Source: Nanobdellota archaeon
GTDB taxonomy: Archaea; Nanobdellota; Nanobdellia; Pacearchaeales; GW2011-AR1
Direction of reading: 5' to 3'
DNA length: 33,998 nucleotides
Assembly: GCA_038045425.1 (NCBI GenBank)
Contig: JBBSYD010000032.1
Location: 1-33,998, forward strand
Positions within the stretch are counted from its first letter, which is position 1. Every line of letters begins with the position of its first letter. This document shows positions 1 through 8,837 of the stretch, one piece after another. A model generated the notes under the pieces. That model worked only from the letters and a program-made list of their open reading frames with translations. It was not told where the DNA came from and did no database searches. Made by a program: the position numbers and the translations under genes.

Positions 1-81
1 TTGGAAAGATGTATTTATGCGGAGAGTATATCCTTCTTACTAAGGGTCACTCTCTAAATATGATAATTTTAACAAAATAAT

Positions 82-507
82 ATGGGAATAAAATCGTTAT
101 ATGGAATAGAAGTACCTCAATCATTAAGAGAAAATGTAGAGAGAGCAACTGCTTATGTTGCAGGAACTGTTTTAGCAAGAAAATCTGATAGAATTGAAAA
201 AGTTCCTGCTGGCTTACAGGAAGTATGTAAAAGATATGCTAGTAATTTTACTAAAGATGTTGAGCGTTCTGGTTTAATGGTTCCTGAAGTTACTCCTGTT
301 GAAAGTTCATTTTGGGCAGGATATTTGACTGGAGCTAGTTCATTGAGAGATAAAGAAAGAAGTGGTGCATATGAAAGACACATTCCGGATGCTGTAGATA
401 TGATGAATCAGTATAGATTTACTAGAAATTTGGAAAAAGAATTAGCTGAAATGTGTCATACCGATTTTGATGTAACTATTTTTGATGCATTGTCTGATAC
501 GAATTAG
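82..507 (+). CDS. hypothetical protein
   Basis: 141-aa ORF after an AT-rich upstream region; no recognisable motif. Confidence 0.6.
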   Translation: MGIKSLYGIEVPQSLRENVERATAYVAGTVLARKSDRIEKVPAGLQEVCKRYASNFTKDVERSGLMVPEVTPVESSFWAGYLTGASSLRDKERSGAYERHIPDAVDMMNQYRFTRNLEKELAEMCHTDFDVTIFDALSDTN

Positions 508-1073
508 AACTCTTCTTTAGCTTTTAGGAATTTGACTAACTCTTTTGATATTCTTGGTTTGCCGTTTACTAGAGGGTATTTGTATGGGAGAATAAAGGAT
601 TCAATTTTGTTCTTTCTGATTTCTATTTCTGTTTGGAAATGCATTTGGTTTAGGGGAATTTTGTTGACTATTATGTTGTGGGTGACGAAGACTGCATTAT
701 CCGTGGAGAATTGTTCTTTTCCTATGTGTCTTTTTTCTAAATTTGGAAGAAATTGAGTTAGTTCTGGGCCTGTGCGTTTTCTTGGAGGATTGTCTCCTAG
801 AATGCCTCCGAAGATGAAATAATTAAAGGATTTGTCTTGTGGGGAAAGCTCTTGGGTGGCATCTGGGTCAAGAATACAGGCATTTTTTAGACTGAGAGAT
901 TTTACTGATTCGGTGAAGACTTTTCCTAACTTAGCGAGTTTTGGAATGTCTTCGGTTTTTATATTTGTAAACCATAGATTAGCAGGCCCTACTATTTTTG
1001 AGATGCTTTTGTATTCTATTACGCACCAAGGGAAAAGTTCTGGTTCGAGATGTTCGATTATGAAAATGGTCAT
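504..1073 (-). CDS. Sfm1-like SPOUT SAM-dependent methyltransferase
   Basis: N-terminal FIIEHLE..W..IEY and FIFGGILGDNPPRKRT motifs as in the yeast Sfm1 family. Confidence 0.85.
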   Translation of the reverse strand: MTIFIIEHLEPELFPWCVIEYKSISKIVGPANLWFTNIKTEDIPKLAKLGKVFTESVKSLSLKNACILDPDATQELSPQDKSFNYFIFGGILGDNPPRKRTGPELTQFLPNLEKRHIGKEQFSTDNAVFVTHNIIVNKIPLNQMHFQTEIEIRKNKIESFILPYKYPLVNGKPRISKELVKFLKAKEEF

Positions 1074-1109
1074 AGGAGTAGGTAGTTTTAGGATTATTAA
1101 ATTATTTGA

Positions 1110-2285
1110 TTATAAGTTTTTCAAATGACTTTCAAGATCAAAGATATTTGTGAAAATAATTTCACATCCATTAACTTTCGATTTTCCAGATTGACCATTG
1201 TGAGAAAATACAAATGCCTTTTTTGGTTTATACTCTTCTATAAAAGAACGCATGCCTGTTTCTATTTTTTCAGGCGAGGCATTTAATTTAACTTCGATAG
1301 GTATAATTTCAGAGTCTTTCTCGATAACAAAATCTACTTCTGCTCCAGATTTAGTTCGCCAATATTTTGGAGTAAATCCTTGTTTTATTAATTCAGAAGC
1401 AACATAATTTTCAAATAGATGTCCTGAAACTTCTGTTAAAGAGTCTTTAGAAATTATATTTCTTAATCCAGTATCGATAAAGTATATTTTTTGTTGTTTA
1501 GTTATTTCTTTTAGTTTATTATTATAAAATGGCTGAATTCTAACAAGAAGATAACTTTTTTCCATTGCATCTAGATATTTTTTAAGAGATTGAAACGAGA
1601 TACCGAGATTCTTAGAGATATTTTCATAGGCGATAATTTCTCCAATATTCAATGAGAGATATTTTATCAATTTTTCAAGCTCATTTGAATCCTGAATTGA
1701 GAATGTTTTAGCGATATCTTTTAGCACCATAGTGCTGTACAAATCTTGAAGAATAGTTTTTTTCAATTCAATGTCGTCAGTGATAACTACTTTAGGATAT
1801 CCTCCGTAAGATATATGCTCAGAGATATTTCTTTGCATGACTTTTTCAGTTGCTTCCTTTTGATTTTTTGATTTTAGAAATTCTTTCAGAGAAAATGGAT
1901 ATAACTTTAATATTGAGACTCTACCGACTAAATAGGATAAAACTTCTTTTGAAAGAATTGCTTCAGATGAAGCAGTAATCCACAGCTTATGTCCTTTATC
2001 TGCAAGATATTTTAAGTTTCTGCCTGCATCTTTGCAGTATTGCACTTCATCAAGTATAGAAATATCATTTCCCTCGATAAATTGTGTTTCAAATTTTTTG
2101 ATATCTTCTTCAAAAAGTGAACGAATATCTGGGTCATCGAATAGTAGATATTTGGATTTTTTCTGAATTAAATGCTCTTTTAGAAAAGTAGTTTTTCCTG
2201 ACTGTCTTGCTCCGACTAGAGTGACAACTGAATAAACTGATTGAATTTTTTCAAACTTGCTTTTAATTTCTCGTTCAATGTACAT
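1110..2285 (-). CDS. AAA_14/DUF4143 ATP-binding protein
   Basis: Walker A GARQSGKTT, Walker B ILDEVQ, YGGYP, KIYFIDTGL, C-terminal EVDFV...PIEVK nuclease-like motif. Confidence 0.93.
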   Translation of the reverse strand: MYIEREIKSKFEKIQSVYSVVTLVGARQSGKTTFLKEHLIQKKSKYLLFDDPDIRSLFEEDIKKFETQFIEGNDISILDEVQYCKDAGRNLKYLADKGHKLWITASSEAILSKEVLSYLVGRVSILKLYPFSLKEFLKSKNQKEATEKVMQRNISEHISYGGYPKVVITDDIELKKTILQDLYSTMVLKDIAKTFSIQDSNELEKLIKYLSLNIGEIIAYENISKNLGISFQSLKKYLDAMEKSYLLVRIQPFYNNKLKEITKQQKIYFIDTGLRNIISKDSLTEVSGHLFENYVASELIKQGFTPKYWRTKSGAEVDFVIEKDSEIIPIEVKLNASPEKIETGMRSFIEEYKPKKAFVFSHNGQSGKSKVNGCEIIFTNIFDLESHLKNL

Positions 2286-2316
2286 GATCTAATGAGAATT
2301 TCTGGATATTTAAACT

Positions 2317-2382
2317 TTACTAAACCTAACATGGAGTTTAAGTTTAGTATTACTAATCCTAACATGGAGTTTAAGTTTAGTA
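2317..2382. repeat. 2 x 33-bp tandem repeat upstream of the AAA ATPase gene
   Basis: TTACTAA(A/T)CCTAACATGGAGTTTAAGTTTAGTA at 2317-2349 and 2350-2382, one mismatch. Confidence 0.9.
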
Positions 2383-2455
2383 AGCTAATAGACGAGAGAA
2401 TGAACTTAGAGTCTATTAGGTATAGTGTCACTTTATAATTACTACAAAAGAAAGG

Positions 2456-2487
2456 TTTAAAAAGCATATGTATAGGTTATGTATAGG
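2456..2487 (+). promoter_or_regulatory. TATA-like box followed by direct repeat TATGTATAGG x2 (putative operator)
   Basis: TTTAAAAA at 2456-2463; TATGTATAGG at 2467-2476 and 2478-2487, between the TATA box and the ATG at 2495. Confidence 0.55.
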
Positions 2488-2494
2488 ATATAAT

Positions 2495-2656
2495 ATGGAA
2501 AAACAAACCAAATTTATTATAACTAAAAGAATTGCCAAGCATGGGAATCAGGCAATTATAGTTATACCTAGAGTTCTGGAAGAGCATTTGAAGCCAGGGA
2601 TGATCGCGGAGATTAGTATTAATTTAGTGGAGGAAGCACAAAATGGGAAGCAATAA
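2495..2656 (+). CDS. small AbrB/DUF2080-like DNA-binding protein (module 1)
   Basis: ITKRIAKHGNQAIIVIP swapped-hairpin pattern; start re-called at ATG 2495 by comparison with the paralog at 18511-18696. Confidence 0.75.
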   Translation: MEKQTKFIITKRIAKHGNQAIIVIPRVLEEHLKPGMIAEISINLVEEAQNGKQ

Positions 2657-3137
2657 AGGAAAGATTGGTTCTGTAGACACACTAGCTAATGTAACATATT
2701 CTCTCGGCGTTGGAGCATTAACTGATTTTTGGTCTGGACTGAATGCATTGGGAGTTTTATCTTCAAGATTATCTTCAGTACCATTAAACATTGTAACGGG
2801 AAGTCCTTATGCATTATGGACGGAGAAATTGTATTCTTGGACTAAGACTAAAAAAGAGTCTAGTCAATCTAGAAAATTTTTAGTAGATTTATTGGCATTT
2901 AATACTTTTCAAGTCCCAGTTTATGGTGTAGCCTTGGCAGTTGGCTCTGTATGTTCACAAACAGAAGTAGATTGGAAAAAAGTTGAATCTGGAATGACTC
3001 ATTTAGCTCAAATATCTCCATTTATTGCTCCAACTCTTAGAATGTACACTAATTCATTAAGAAAGATATTTGGTATTAAATCAATTTCTGAAGGAGCATA
3101 TAGAAATGAGCGGGAGGAAGCTGAAGATGGAAACTGA
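2643..3137 (+). CDS. AlaE (YgaW)-family L-alanine exporter-like membrane protein
   Basis: DTLANVTYS, LSSRL, PY..W and DLLAFNTFQVPVY match my recollection of the AlaE family pattern. Confidence 0.75.
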   Translation: MGSNKGKIGSVDTLANVTYSLGVGALTDFWSGLNALGVLSSRLSSVPLNIVTGSPYALWTEKLYSWTKTKKESSQSRKFLVDLLAFNTFQVPVYGVALAVGSVCSQTEVDWKKVESGMTHLAQISPFIAPTLRMYTNSLRKIFGIKSISEGAYRNEREEAEDGN

Positions 3138-3648
3138 TTATCGCCCAGAAATTCCAGTTGTAATGGTTCATCCATTCTATATCTTTCCAGATGTACCCGA
3201 ACTGAATTTGAATTTAATGCCTAAAGTAGGATTATGGACAGATGAATGCGTAACCGAAAAGCCAGCATATGTAGATAATATAATCGATTTAATAGAAAAT
3301 CATCAAAAAGAACTTATTGTTTTGGAAGAGGCACACAAAGTAACTCGTACAAGAAAATTTATTGAGCAAGTGAGAAAAGGAGATTCGGTTATGTTTATTG
3401 AAACTAAATATTGCAATCCCGAGCCAGTTTCTGGATGGGATGTTTTATTTGATAAATTGAAAGAGATTAATGCTTCTGAAGTTGGACTTGTTGGAGGGAT
3501 TAATTGTCGATTCGTTAAATGGTTTGAAAAAGAGGGATGTCTTGGTGTTACAAGAAAGAGATTATCAGAACAAGGATACACTCCTCAAATAATTAGAGGA
3601 CATTTTTTTGATATGCATGAAGAGACTAAGAGGTGGAGATATGGATAG
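3127..3648 (+). CDS. hypothetical protein (possible cysteine-hydrolase-like alpha/beta fold)
   Basis: Start re-called at ATG 3127 after GGGAGG; VMVHPFY and VGG...GCL pattern only weakly suggestive. Confidence 0.55.
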   Translation: METDYRPEIPVVMVHPFYIFPDVPELNLNLMPKVGLWTDECVTEKPAYVDNIIDLIENHQKELIVLEEAHKVTRTRKFIEQVRKGDSVMFIETKYCNPEPVSGWDVLFDKLKEINASEVGLVGGINCRFVKWFEKEGCLGVTRKRLSEQGYTPQIIRGHFFDMHEETKRWRYG

Positions 3649-5728
3649 TCAAACTGAAATTTTTGACGGAGTACAAACTGGAAGAGCTAGAAGAAAATTG
3701 ATTTCACAAGAAGGATTAACTAAATTATTGGAAACTCATGCATTTTCAGATGTAACGCCATTTACGGATGAACAAGGACAACAAAAGAATTGCTTTATTG
3801 CTAGAGAAGGAAGTGGGGGCAATACAAGATCAGTATTTATTGCTGTAGATAAGGCTCCAGGAAGTGCTGTTGCACAAATGCTTGAAAATAAAGGATATAA
3901 TTTAGGTAACGAAGTAAAAATTACATTAGGGCTACCTGTGGATGAAGCAATACTTCATGGAGTAAATCCTCTTTTGAGATTTATGGAAGTTGATGGAAAT
4001 TATGTAGCAATTTCACCCCATTTTGTTAATTCAAAATCTTTGAGAAGAAAAGTTAAAGAAGAAGGAACGTTGTCTAAACAAGAATTTGTATCTGTATTCA
4101 AACAAGTTATCGCTGCGGAGGATTATTTAATTTCTAAAGGAATAGTTCATAGAGATTTAAATCCAGGAAATATTCTTTTAAGAGGAAAAGGAAAAGGAAT
4201 TGAGAGTAGATTGACGGATTTAGCTACTGCAGGAAGTTTAGGTAATGAATCAGATAGCACGCTTCCTACTGGAGGACAGAGAGCAATAAGGGATCCTAAA
4301 TATGGTAAAGTATTTACTAATCAAACAACTAATTCTGTTCAAAATGAAATGTATGGTATTGCAATGGATGCTTTGTTTGCAATAAACGGAGCCTTACCAG
4401 TATACTATGATTTTATTAGTGGAATGGGAATTGAAACTGCTACTGGAGAAAGTTTACTTGATGAAAATGGAAAAATTGTTCCTGAAAAACATAATGCTGC
4501 AATAGATAGAGCAATCGCTAAACTTCCTCGATGGGCAAAGAGACATGCTTCTTGGATTAAAAAAGCAACTCAAAGTGAAGGAAGATATCAATCATTTCAA
4601 CAGTTTAAAGAAGATTTTGAAAAATCTGCAAGCCCTAGTTTAATTGAAAGAGTTAGAGAATTAAGTAATAAAACAAAGGGGGCAATTGCAGGAGGTTTGG
4701 TAGGAGTTATGGCATTAACTGGTGTTGGAGCAAAGTTAACATATACCCAAATTCAAAAGCAACATGAAACTGAAGTTAGTGAAGCTAGAAAATATAAAGT
4801 TAATACTGAATGGAATGGATTGACTGCTGAACTCAAGAATAATATTGCTGATTTAGAGACAGTTATATTTGTTAAAGGAAATACAAATTATTATCCTAAA
4901 ACTAAAGTACTACATGCTAACGCGGGCGGGATATTAGATTTGAGTATTAGTGCAATTGACAAACAGACAGGTGATACCTTACCAACTATGCCTGGAAGAG
5001 TATATTTAGAAGGCGTTGATACAAATGATGTTCCAGTTCAATCATTTTATATTAGTCCCGTAAATAATAGTCAGACTCCTAGTGAATCTAGTTCGTTTAG
5101 TGGAGACAAAAAAATAGTCCTTCCTAAAAATCTACCTGATGGAAATTATATTTTAGCAGTTGAATTACAAATTCCTAGAATTAAAATGAGAGATGACGAA
5201 TGGGACATAAAAGCGAAAAAGAAACATTTAGCGAAAGTTGCATACCAGGGGAATACTTTATCTAGAAAAAGAATTCCTATTGTAGTTGGGAAGCCGTCTC
5301 AAGAAGTAGATTTAGGTAATGTATATATTGCAGGATATGGCTTTGATTCTGTATCGTTTAGAGACTTAAGAGAAGGTGAGATATATGGAGATAATTATGC
5401 TTCTCCTCGGGGGAAAAACATGGAATATGAATTTTATTTATTTGGAAAATGCATTTCTCAATCAGGTGACAGTTATACTGGTATTTGGTTACCTGAAGTA
5501 AATAATACTGCTTCGGATATTCTGAATGTGGTTATAAAAGAAAATGGAATTCCATTTACATATAGTGGTATTCCTGTTGAAAGAGTGAATGAATTAGGGA
5601 GATATAGATGGAAAGTTTCTAATTTTTGTCCTGAAGATATGCCTAAAAGAATTGCTGATTTTAGAAAGAATTATGAGTCTAGCTTGAATATAGCTCATTC
5701 TTCAACTAGTGAGAAAACTAGTAAATAG
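3641..5728 (+). CDS. membrane-anchored Ser/Thr (Hanks-like) protein kinase with extracytoplasmic beta-rich domain (module 1)
   Basis: Gly-rich loop EGSGGN, catalytic loop HRDLNPGNILL, DFG-equivalent TDLA, TM segment GAIAGGLVGVMALTGVGA; start at ATG 3641 after GAGGTGGAG. Confidence 0.85.
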   Translation: MDSQTEIFDGVQTGRARRKLISQEGLTKLLETHAFSDVTPFTDEQGQQKNCFIAREGSGGNTRSVFIAVDKAPGSAVAQMLENKGYNLGNEVKITLGLPVDEAILHGVNPLLRFMEVDGNYVAISPHFVNSKSLRRKVKEEGTLSKQEFVSVFKQVIAAEDYLISKGIVHRDLNPGNILLRGKGKGIESRLTDLATAGSLGNESDSTLPTGGQRAIRDPKYGKVFTNQTTNSVQNEMYGIAMDALFAINGALPVYYDFISGMGIETATGESLLDENGKIVPEKHNAAIDRAIAKLPRWAKRHASWIKKATQSEGRYQSFQQFKEDFEKSASPSLIERVRELSNKTKGAIAGGLVGVMALTGVGAKLTYTQIQKQHETEVSEARKYKVNTEWNGLTAELKNNIADLETVIFVKGNTNYYPKTKVLHANAGGILDLSISAIDKQTGDTLPTMPGRVYLEGVDTNDVPVQSFYISPVNNSQTPSESSSFSGDKKIVLPKNLPDGNYILAVELQIPRIKMRDDEWDIKAKKKHLAKVAYQGNTLSRKRIPIVVGKPSQEVDLGNVYIAGYGFDSVSFRDLREGEIYGDNYASPRGKNMEYEFYLFGKCISQSGDSYTGIWLPEVNNTASDILNVVIKENGIPFTYSGIPVERVNELGRYRWKVSNFCPEDMPKRIADFRKNYESSLNIAHSSTSEKTSK

Positions 5729-6576
5729 TTATTTATCTTTATTATAGTATCTAAAAGCTCTATCAAGTTTGCATCAATTTTATCTTTACTGGAAACTGAT
5801 TTTTTTATGAATTCATATCTTTTAGCACATTCTACAAGTTCTTTTTTGTTAAATTCAAATATTAATTTTTTAAAATAGGATAATAACTCTCTACTTTGAG
5901 ATATGGTTTTAATTTGATTTTTGTTTAGCTTATCTGTTTTGCTTTCAATTGCTATTTTTTTATAGCTATCTCCGATTTCTTCTAAAAGATTTATAATTCC
6001 ATAGATTTGAGAGGTTTTTTCAAATTCCTTATAGCTAGATTTATTTAGAATTCGCATACAAAAATGGCACAATCTATTTACACTAGAGTCTACTTGAATT
6101 ACTTGTTCTAATTCACTTCCTTTTTGTAAATTTAATGCTAATTCTTCCGCCATGGAGTCGAGTATTAAAAAAATTCTTTTAATTAGTTCATCAATATCTT
6201 GATTTTGTGAACCAGTTACATCTTTTAGAATAAAAGTAGTTTGAGTTTGTTTAATTATTTCAAATCCCAAAAGTTCAGAAATAACTCTTTTTTGAAAGTC
6301 TTTTACATCTTCTTTATTGCTAAATGTCGCTTCAATTTCATCGACTCCGTGAACATAAAGAGCAATAAATGAACGATTTATTAATGGAGAAAGTCCTGAA
6401 ACATCAATTTTAACTTTTTTTTGAATTGGAGAAGAATTTGCTTCTATAATTAATTTGTTTTCATCTTCAGTAACATTAATATTATTTCCTTTATTCAATC
6501 CATTTCTTTCTATCCATTTTTTAGGTAGATAAATTGTATATCCTCCTCCGCCTTGCTGAATTAGCTTTCTTTCCAT
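5695..6576 (-). CDS. AbrB-PhoU family regulator (archaeal phosphate-uptake regulator-like; module 1)
   Basis: RKLIQQGGGGYTIYLPKKWI AbrB domain, LYVHGVDEI, GFEII, DSSVNRL and LEEIGD PhoU-like helices. Confidence 0.88.
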   Translation of the reverse strand: MERKLIQQGGGGYTIYLPKKWIERNGLNKGNNINVTEDENKLIIEANSSPIQKKVKIDVSGLSPLINRSFIALYVHGVDEIEATFSNKEDVKDFQKRVISELLGFEIIKQTQTTFILKDVTGSQNQDIDELIKRIFLILDSMAEELALNLQKGSELEQVIQVDSSVNRLCHFCMRILNKSSYKEFEKTSQIYGIINLLEEIGDSYKKIAIESKTDKLNKNQIKTISQSRELLSYFKKLIFEFNKKELVECAKRYEFIKKSVSSKDKIDANLIELLDTIIKINNYLLVFSLVEE

Positions 6577-6597
6577 GATGAATTGTAGACTTTTGAC

Positions 6598-6637
6598 TAT
6601 TTAAACATTTTGATATCACTGATATCATTAATATCAG
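6598..6637. promoter_or_regulatory. TATA box of the AbrB-PhoU gene plus three 9-bp-spaced T(G/A)ATATCA boxes
   Basis: Minus-strand TTTAAATA at 6598-6605; TGATATCA 6611-6618, TGATATCA 6620-6627, TAATATCA 6629-6636. Confidence 0.6.
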
Positions 6638-6764
6638 AAAGATATTAAAGGGAACTTCTTGATTGATTGTTGTGTAATTACTTAGTAGTTACATAAACAA
6701 CCTGAGCGCGTAGGGTAAAGAGATTTCCTCTAAAGACTTCTTAGGTTTGTAGGAGAAAAACAAA

Positions 6765-8000
6765 ATGAAAAACACAATAAGAAACGGAATAAATACAGGG
6801 TTAGTTGGACTTAGTACCTTGATAAGTGCAAATGCTCAGACACCTCAAGGTAATCTGGATAGAATGGCAAGTCAATTTGATGAAGGAAGAGTAAAGAGTG
6901 AATTCAATAGCGACTTTGATGATAGAAGCACAGTTATGACTACTTTAGGTTTTGGACCAAAGGGAACTTATTCTATCGAAGGAAAACCTCAACCTAGTTA
7001 TGGACAGATATTTGAAGCATTTAGATTGTATGATACATTCTCTAAGGGAATGGGAAATGCAAGAGGAGCAGAGTGGAGTCATTGGACTGCGGCAGGATTT
7101 AGGTCTTCATTGAATATTGGTGGATTGGATCAAAAATTCTTAGTATACGGAGTTGGAGGAGATAAACAAGGAATTGGATTTGATATTGAACCTAGAGTGA
7201 GTGAGCATTTATCACTTAACTTAGTAGTTGAAGAAAGTTTGAGAGATAACCGAGAAAGAATTGGAGGAGGAATTAATTTACAAATTGGAAAACCTCTTAC
7301 TATTAATTTAGGATATGATGAAGTTAGCAAATCTGGAATTAATCAGATTTCTCAACCTCATGTAAGAATAATGTATGATATAACTCCAAATGACGCAGTT
7401 GGATTTGCATTTGCAGAAAAAAATATGCCTGGAAATACTGAACATGGAGTTGGAATGTTTTATGCTCACTGGGGAAAGGATAAAACTTGGGGAGGAAGAG
7501 TATATGAGGATATTAGAAGTGATGAAAAAGGAAACTTTGCTCAAGCTGGACACGTAATATTTGCACCAAATAAGAATTGCACTGTTGGAAAAATGGGAAT
7601 TGCTGGAGCACTTGCAAGAGTTCCTTCTGAAGATGGAGCATTCAATAATGGAGTTTTACCAACTACTGTTAATAGACTTGAAAAATTGGAAACACATGAT
7701 AGGACATATGAAGGACTTGCGTTTAGATATAATTGGAAGAGTGCAGAAGCGGGAAATAAAAAATCTGGATATTACTCTGGAGATGTAGCTTACAATTTCA
7801 AAGAAGGAATTTGCGGAGGAAGACTTGGAGTTACAGCAGGGATGGCATATAATTGGAGCAATTTTGCTAAAGATGGAATTACATTTAATCCTTCATTCGC
7901 TTACAGACTTGGAAATGTAGATGCTGAAGCAGGATTAGTTTTGCCTTTGAATACTGATGACAAACCAATGGTAAGATTTGGTTTGCAGGGATGGTTTTAG
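6765..8000 (+). CDS. secreted beta-strand-rich protein, beta-barrel-like, C-terminal Phe (module 1)
   Basis: Signal peptide ending ANA-Q; alternating Gly/aromatic strands; ends VRFGLQGWF; RBS AGGAG. Confidence 0.6.
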   Translation: MKNTIRNGINTGLVGLSTLISANAQTPQGNLDRMASQFDEGRVKSEFNSDFDDRSTVMTTLGFGPKGTYSIEGKPQPSYGQIFEAFRLYDTFSKGMGNARGAEWSHWTAAGFRSSLNIGGLDQKFLVYGVGGDKQGIGFDIEPRVSEHLSLNLVVEESLRDNRERIGGGINLQIGKPLTINLGYDEVSKSGINQISQPHVRIMYDITPNDAVGFAFAEKNMPGNTEHGVGMFYAHWGKDKTWGGRVYEDIRSDEKGNFAQAGHVIFAPNKNCTVGKMGIAGALARVPSEDGAFNNGVLPTTVNRLEKLETHDRTYEGLAFRYNWKSAEAGNKKSGYYSGDVAYNFKEGICGGRLGVTAGMAYNWSNFAKDGITFNPSFAYRLGNVDAEAGLVLPLNTDDKPMVRFGLQGWF

Positions 8001-8001
8001 A

Positions 8002-8334
8002 ATGGACAAACTTTACACAATATTGCTTGGAGAGTTGGTTATAGGGACAATATCCCAGGGGTACGGATATGTTAAAGGAATTAAGAAAGGGATCGAATGG
8101 TCTGCTCCAGTTAAGGTTATTCAAACAGATCTTAATGGAGATGGAGTTAAAGATATTATAGTTTATAATGATTTAAGAAAAGATAATTCTAGAATATTTA
8201 TTGCAAATACAAACGGAACTTATACTCCTTGGGAGGTATATAAGTCTAATTTAGTTAATCAGCCTAGAGAAGGAATAGAGAAACTTGAGAGAGAAGTTGA
8301 ATCTAGAGTGAAGGGATTGGAGGGAAGACAATGA
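8002..8334 (+). CDS. small membrane-anchored protein with DxNxDG loop, array paralog P1
   Basis: N-terminal TM helix, DLNGDGVKD, NTNGTY, C-terminal charged helix ending EGRQ; start re-called at ATG 8002. Confidence 0.75.
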   Translation: MDKLYTILLGELVIGTISQGYGYVKGIKKGIEWSAPVKVIQTDLNGDGVKDIIVYNDLRKDNSRIFIANTNGTYTPWEVYKSNLVNQPREGIEKLEREVESRVKGLEGRQ

Positions 8335-8837
8335 CCTCCGAACTAACAACCCTAGGATGGATGAAAGAACTTCGAGACAAGGCACCTATGAATTATTATG
8401 GAATAAGCGGAGCTTTAGAATTGTATCTTAACGCGCAAGACATGATTGAACTTAGTAAAACTGGAAAAGTAAGACCACGTACTGAAGCGAAAAAGAAATT
8501 AATTAATTTAACTAATACAATAGGATTAGGTGTTCCTATATCTGCAATGATTGGAATAGCAACAATAGGTGGAGCAGTTGCATTTGGATTTTATAACGGA
8601 ATAACTGGACAGCCGGCACTAGGAAATGGAAATGGATTGAATGCACGGGACATTGTTGAACTATGCGGAATTGCTGGAGCATCGGGAGCACTTGCAACTG
8701 GAGCAATTATTGAAAGAGAAAATTTAGGAGAGACAGTAAAAAATGTTGCAGGATCATTAACATTTTTTCCTGCAGGAGTTGCAATGTATCACGGAATAGG
8801 ATTTGGAATTGGATGTTTAGCAAGGGAGATGATATAA
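8331..8837 (+). CDS. hypothetical Gly-rich multi-pass membrane protein
   Basis: Several Gly/Ala-rich hydrophobic segments; ATGA- and TAATG-coupled to its neighbours. Confidence 0.7.
   Translation: MTSELTTLGWMKELRDKAPMNYYGISGALELYLNAQDMIELSKTGKVRPRTEAKKKLINLTNTIGLGVPISAMIGIATIGGAVAFGFYNGITGQPALGNGNGLNARDIVELCGIAGASGALATGAIIERENLGETVKNVAGSLTFFPAGVAMYHGIGFGIGCLAREMI

Noticed and set aside
2317-2382. Mini-CRISPR
   Set aside because: The two units are directly adjacent with no spacer.
2216-2467. ORFs 2216-2467(-) and 2241-2438(+) with repeated peptides
   Set aside because: They are translations of the 33-bp tandem repeat in a promoter region and overlap the ATPase start.
2495-2656. DUF2080-like genes as evidence for a transposon
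   Set aside because: No transposase, TnpB or terminal inverted repeats seen around either copy.
5695-6576. Calling the regulators phoU of a phosphate-uptake operon
   Set aside because: Family resemblance only; no pst/pit genes in the window, so no gene symbol assigned.
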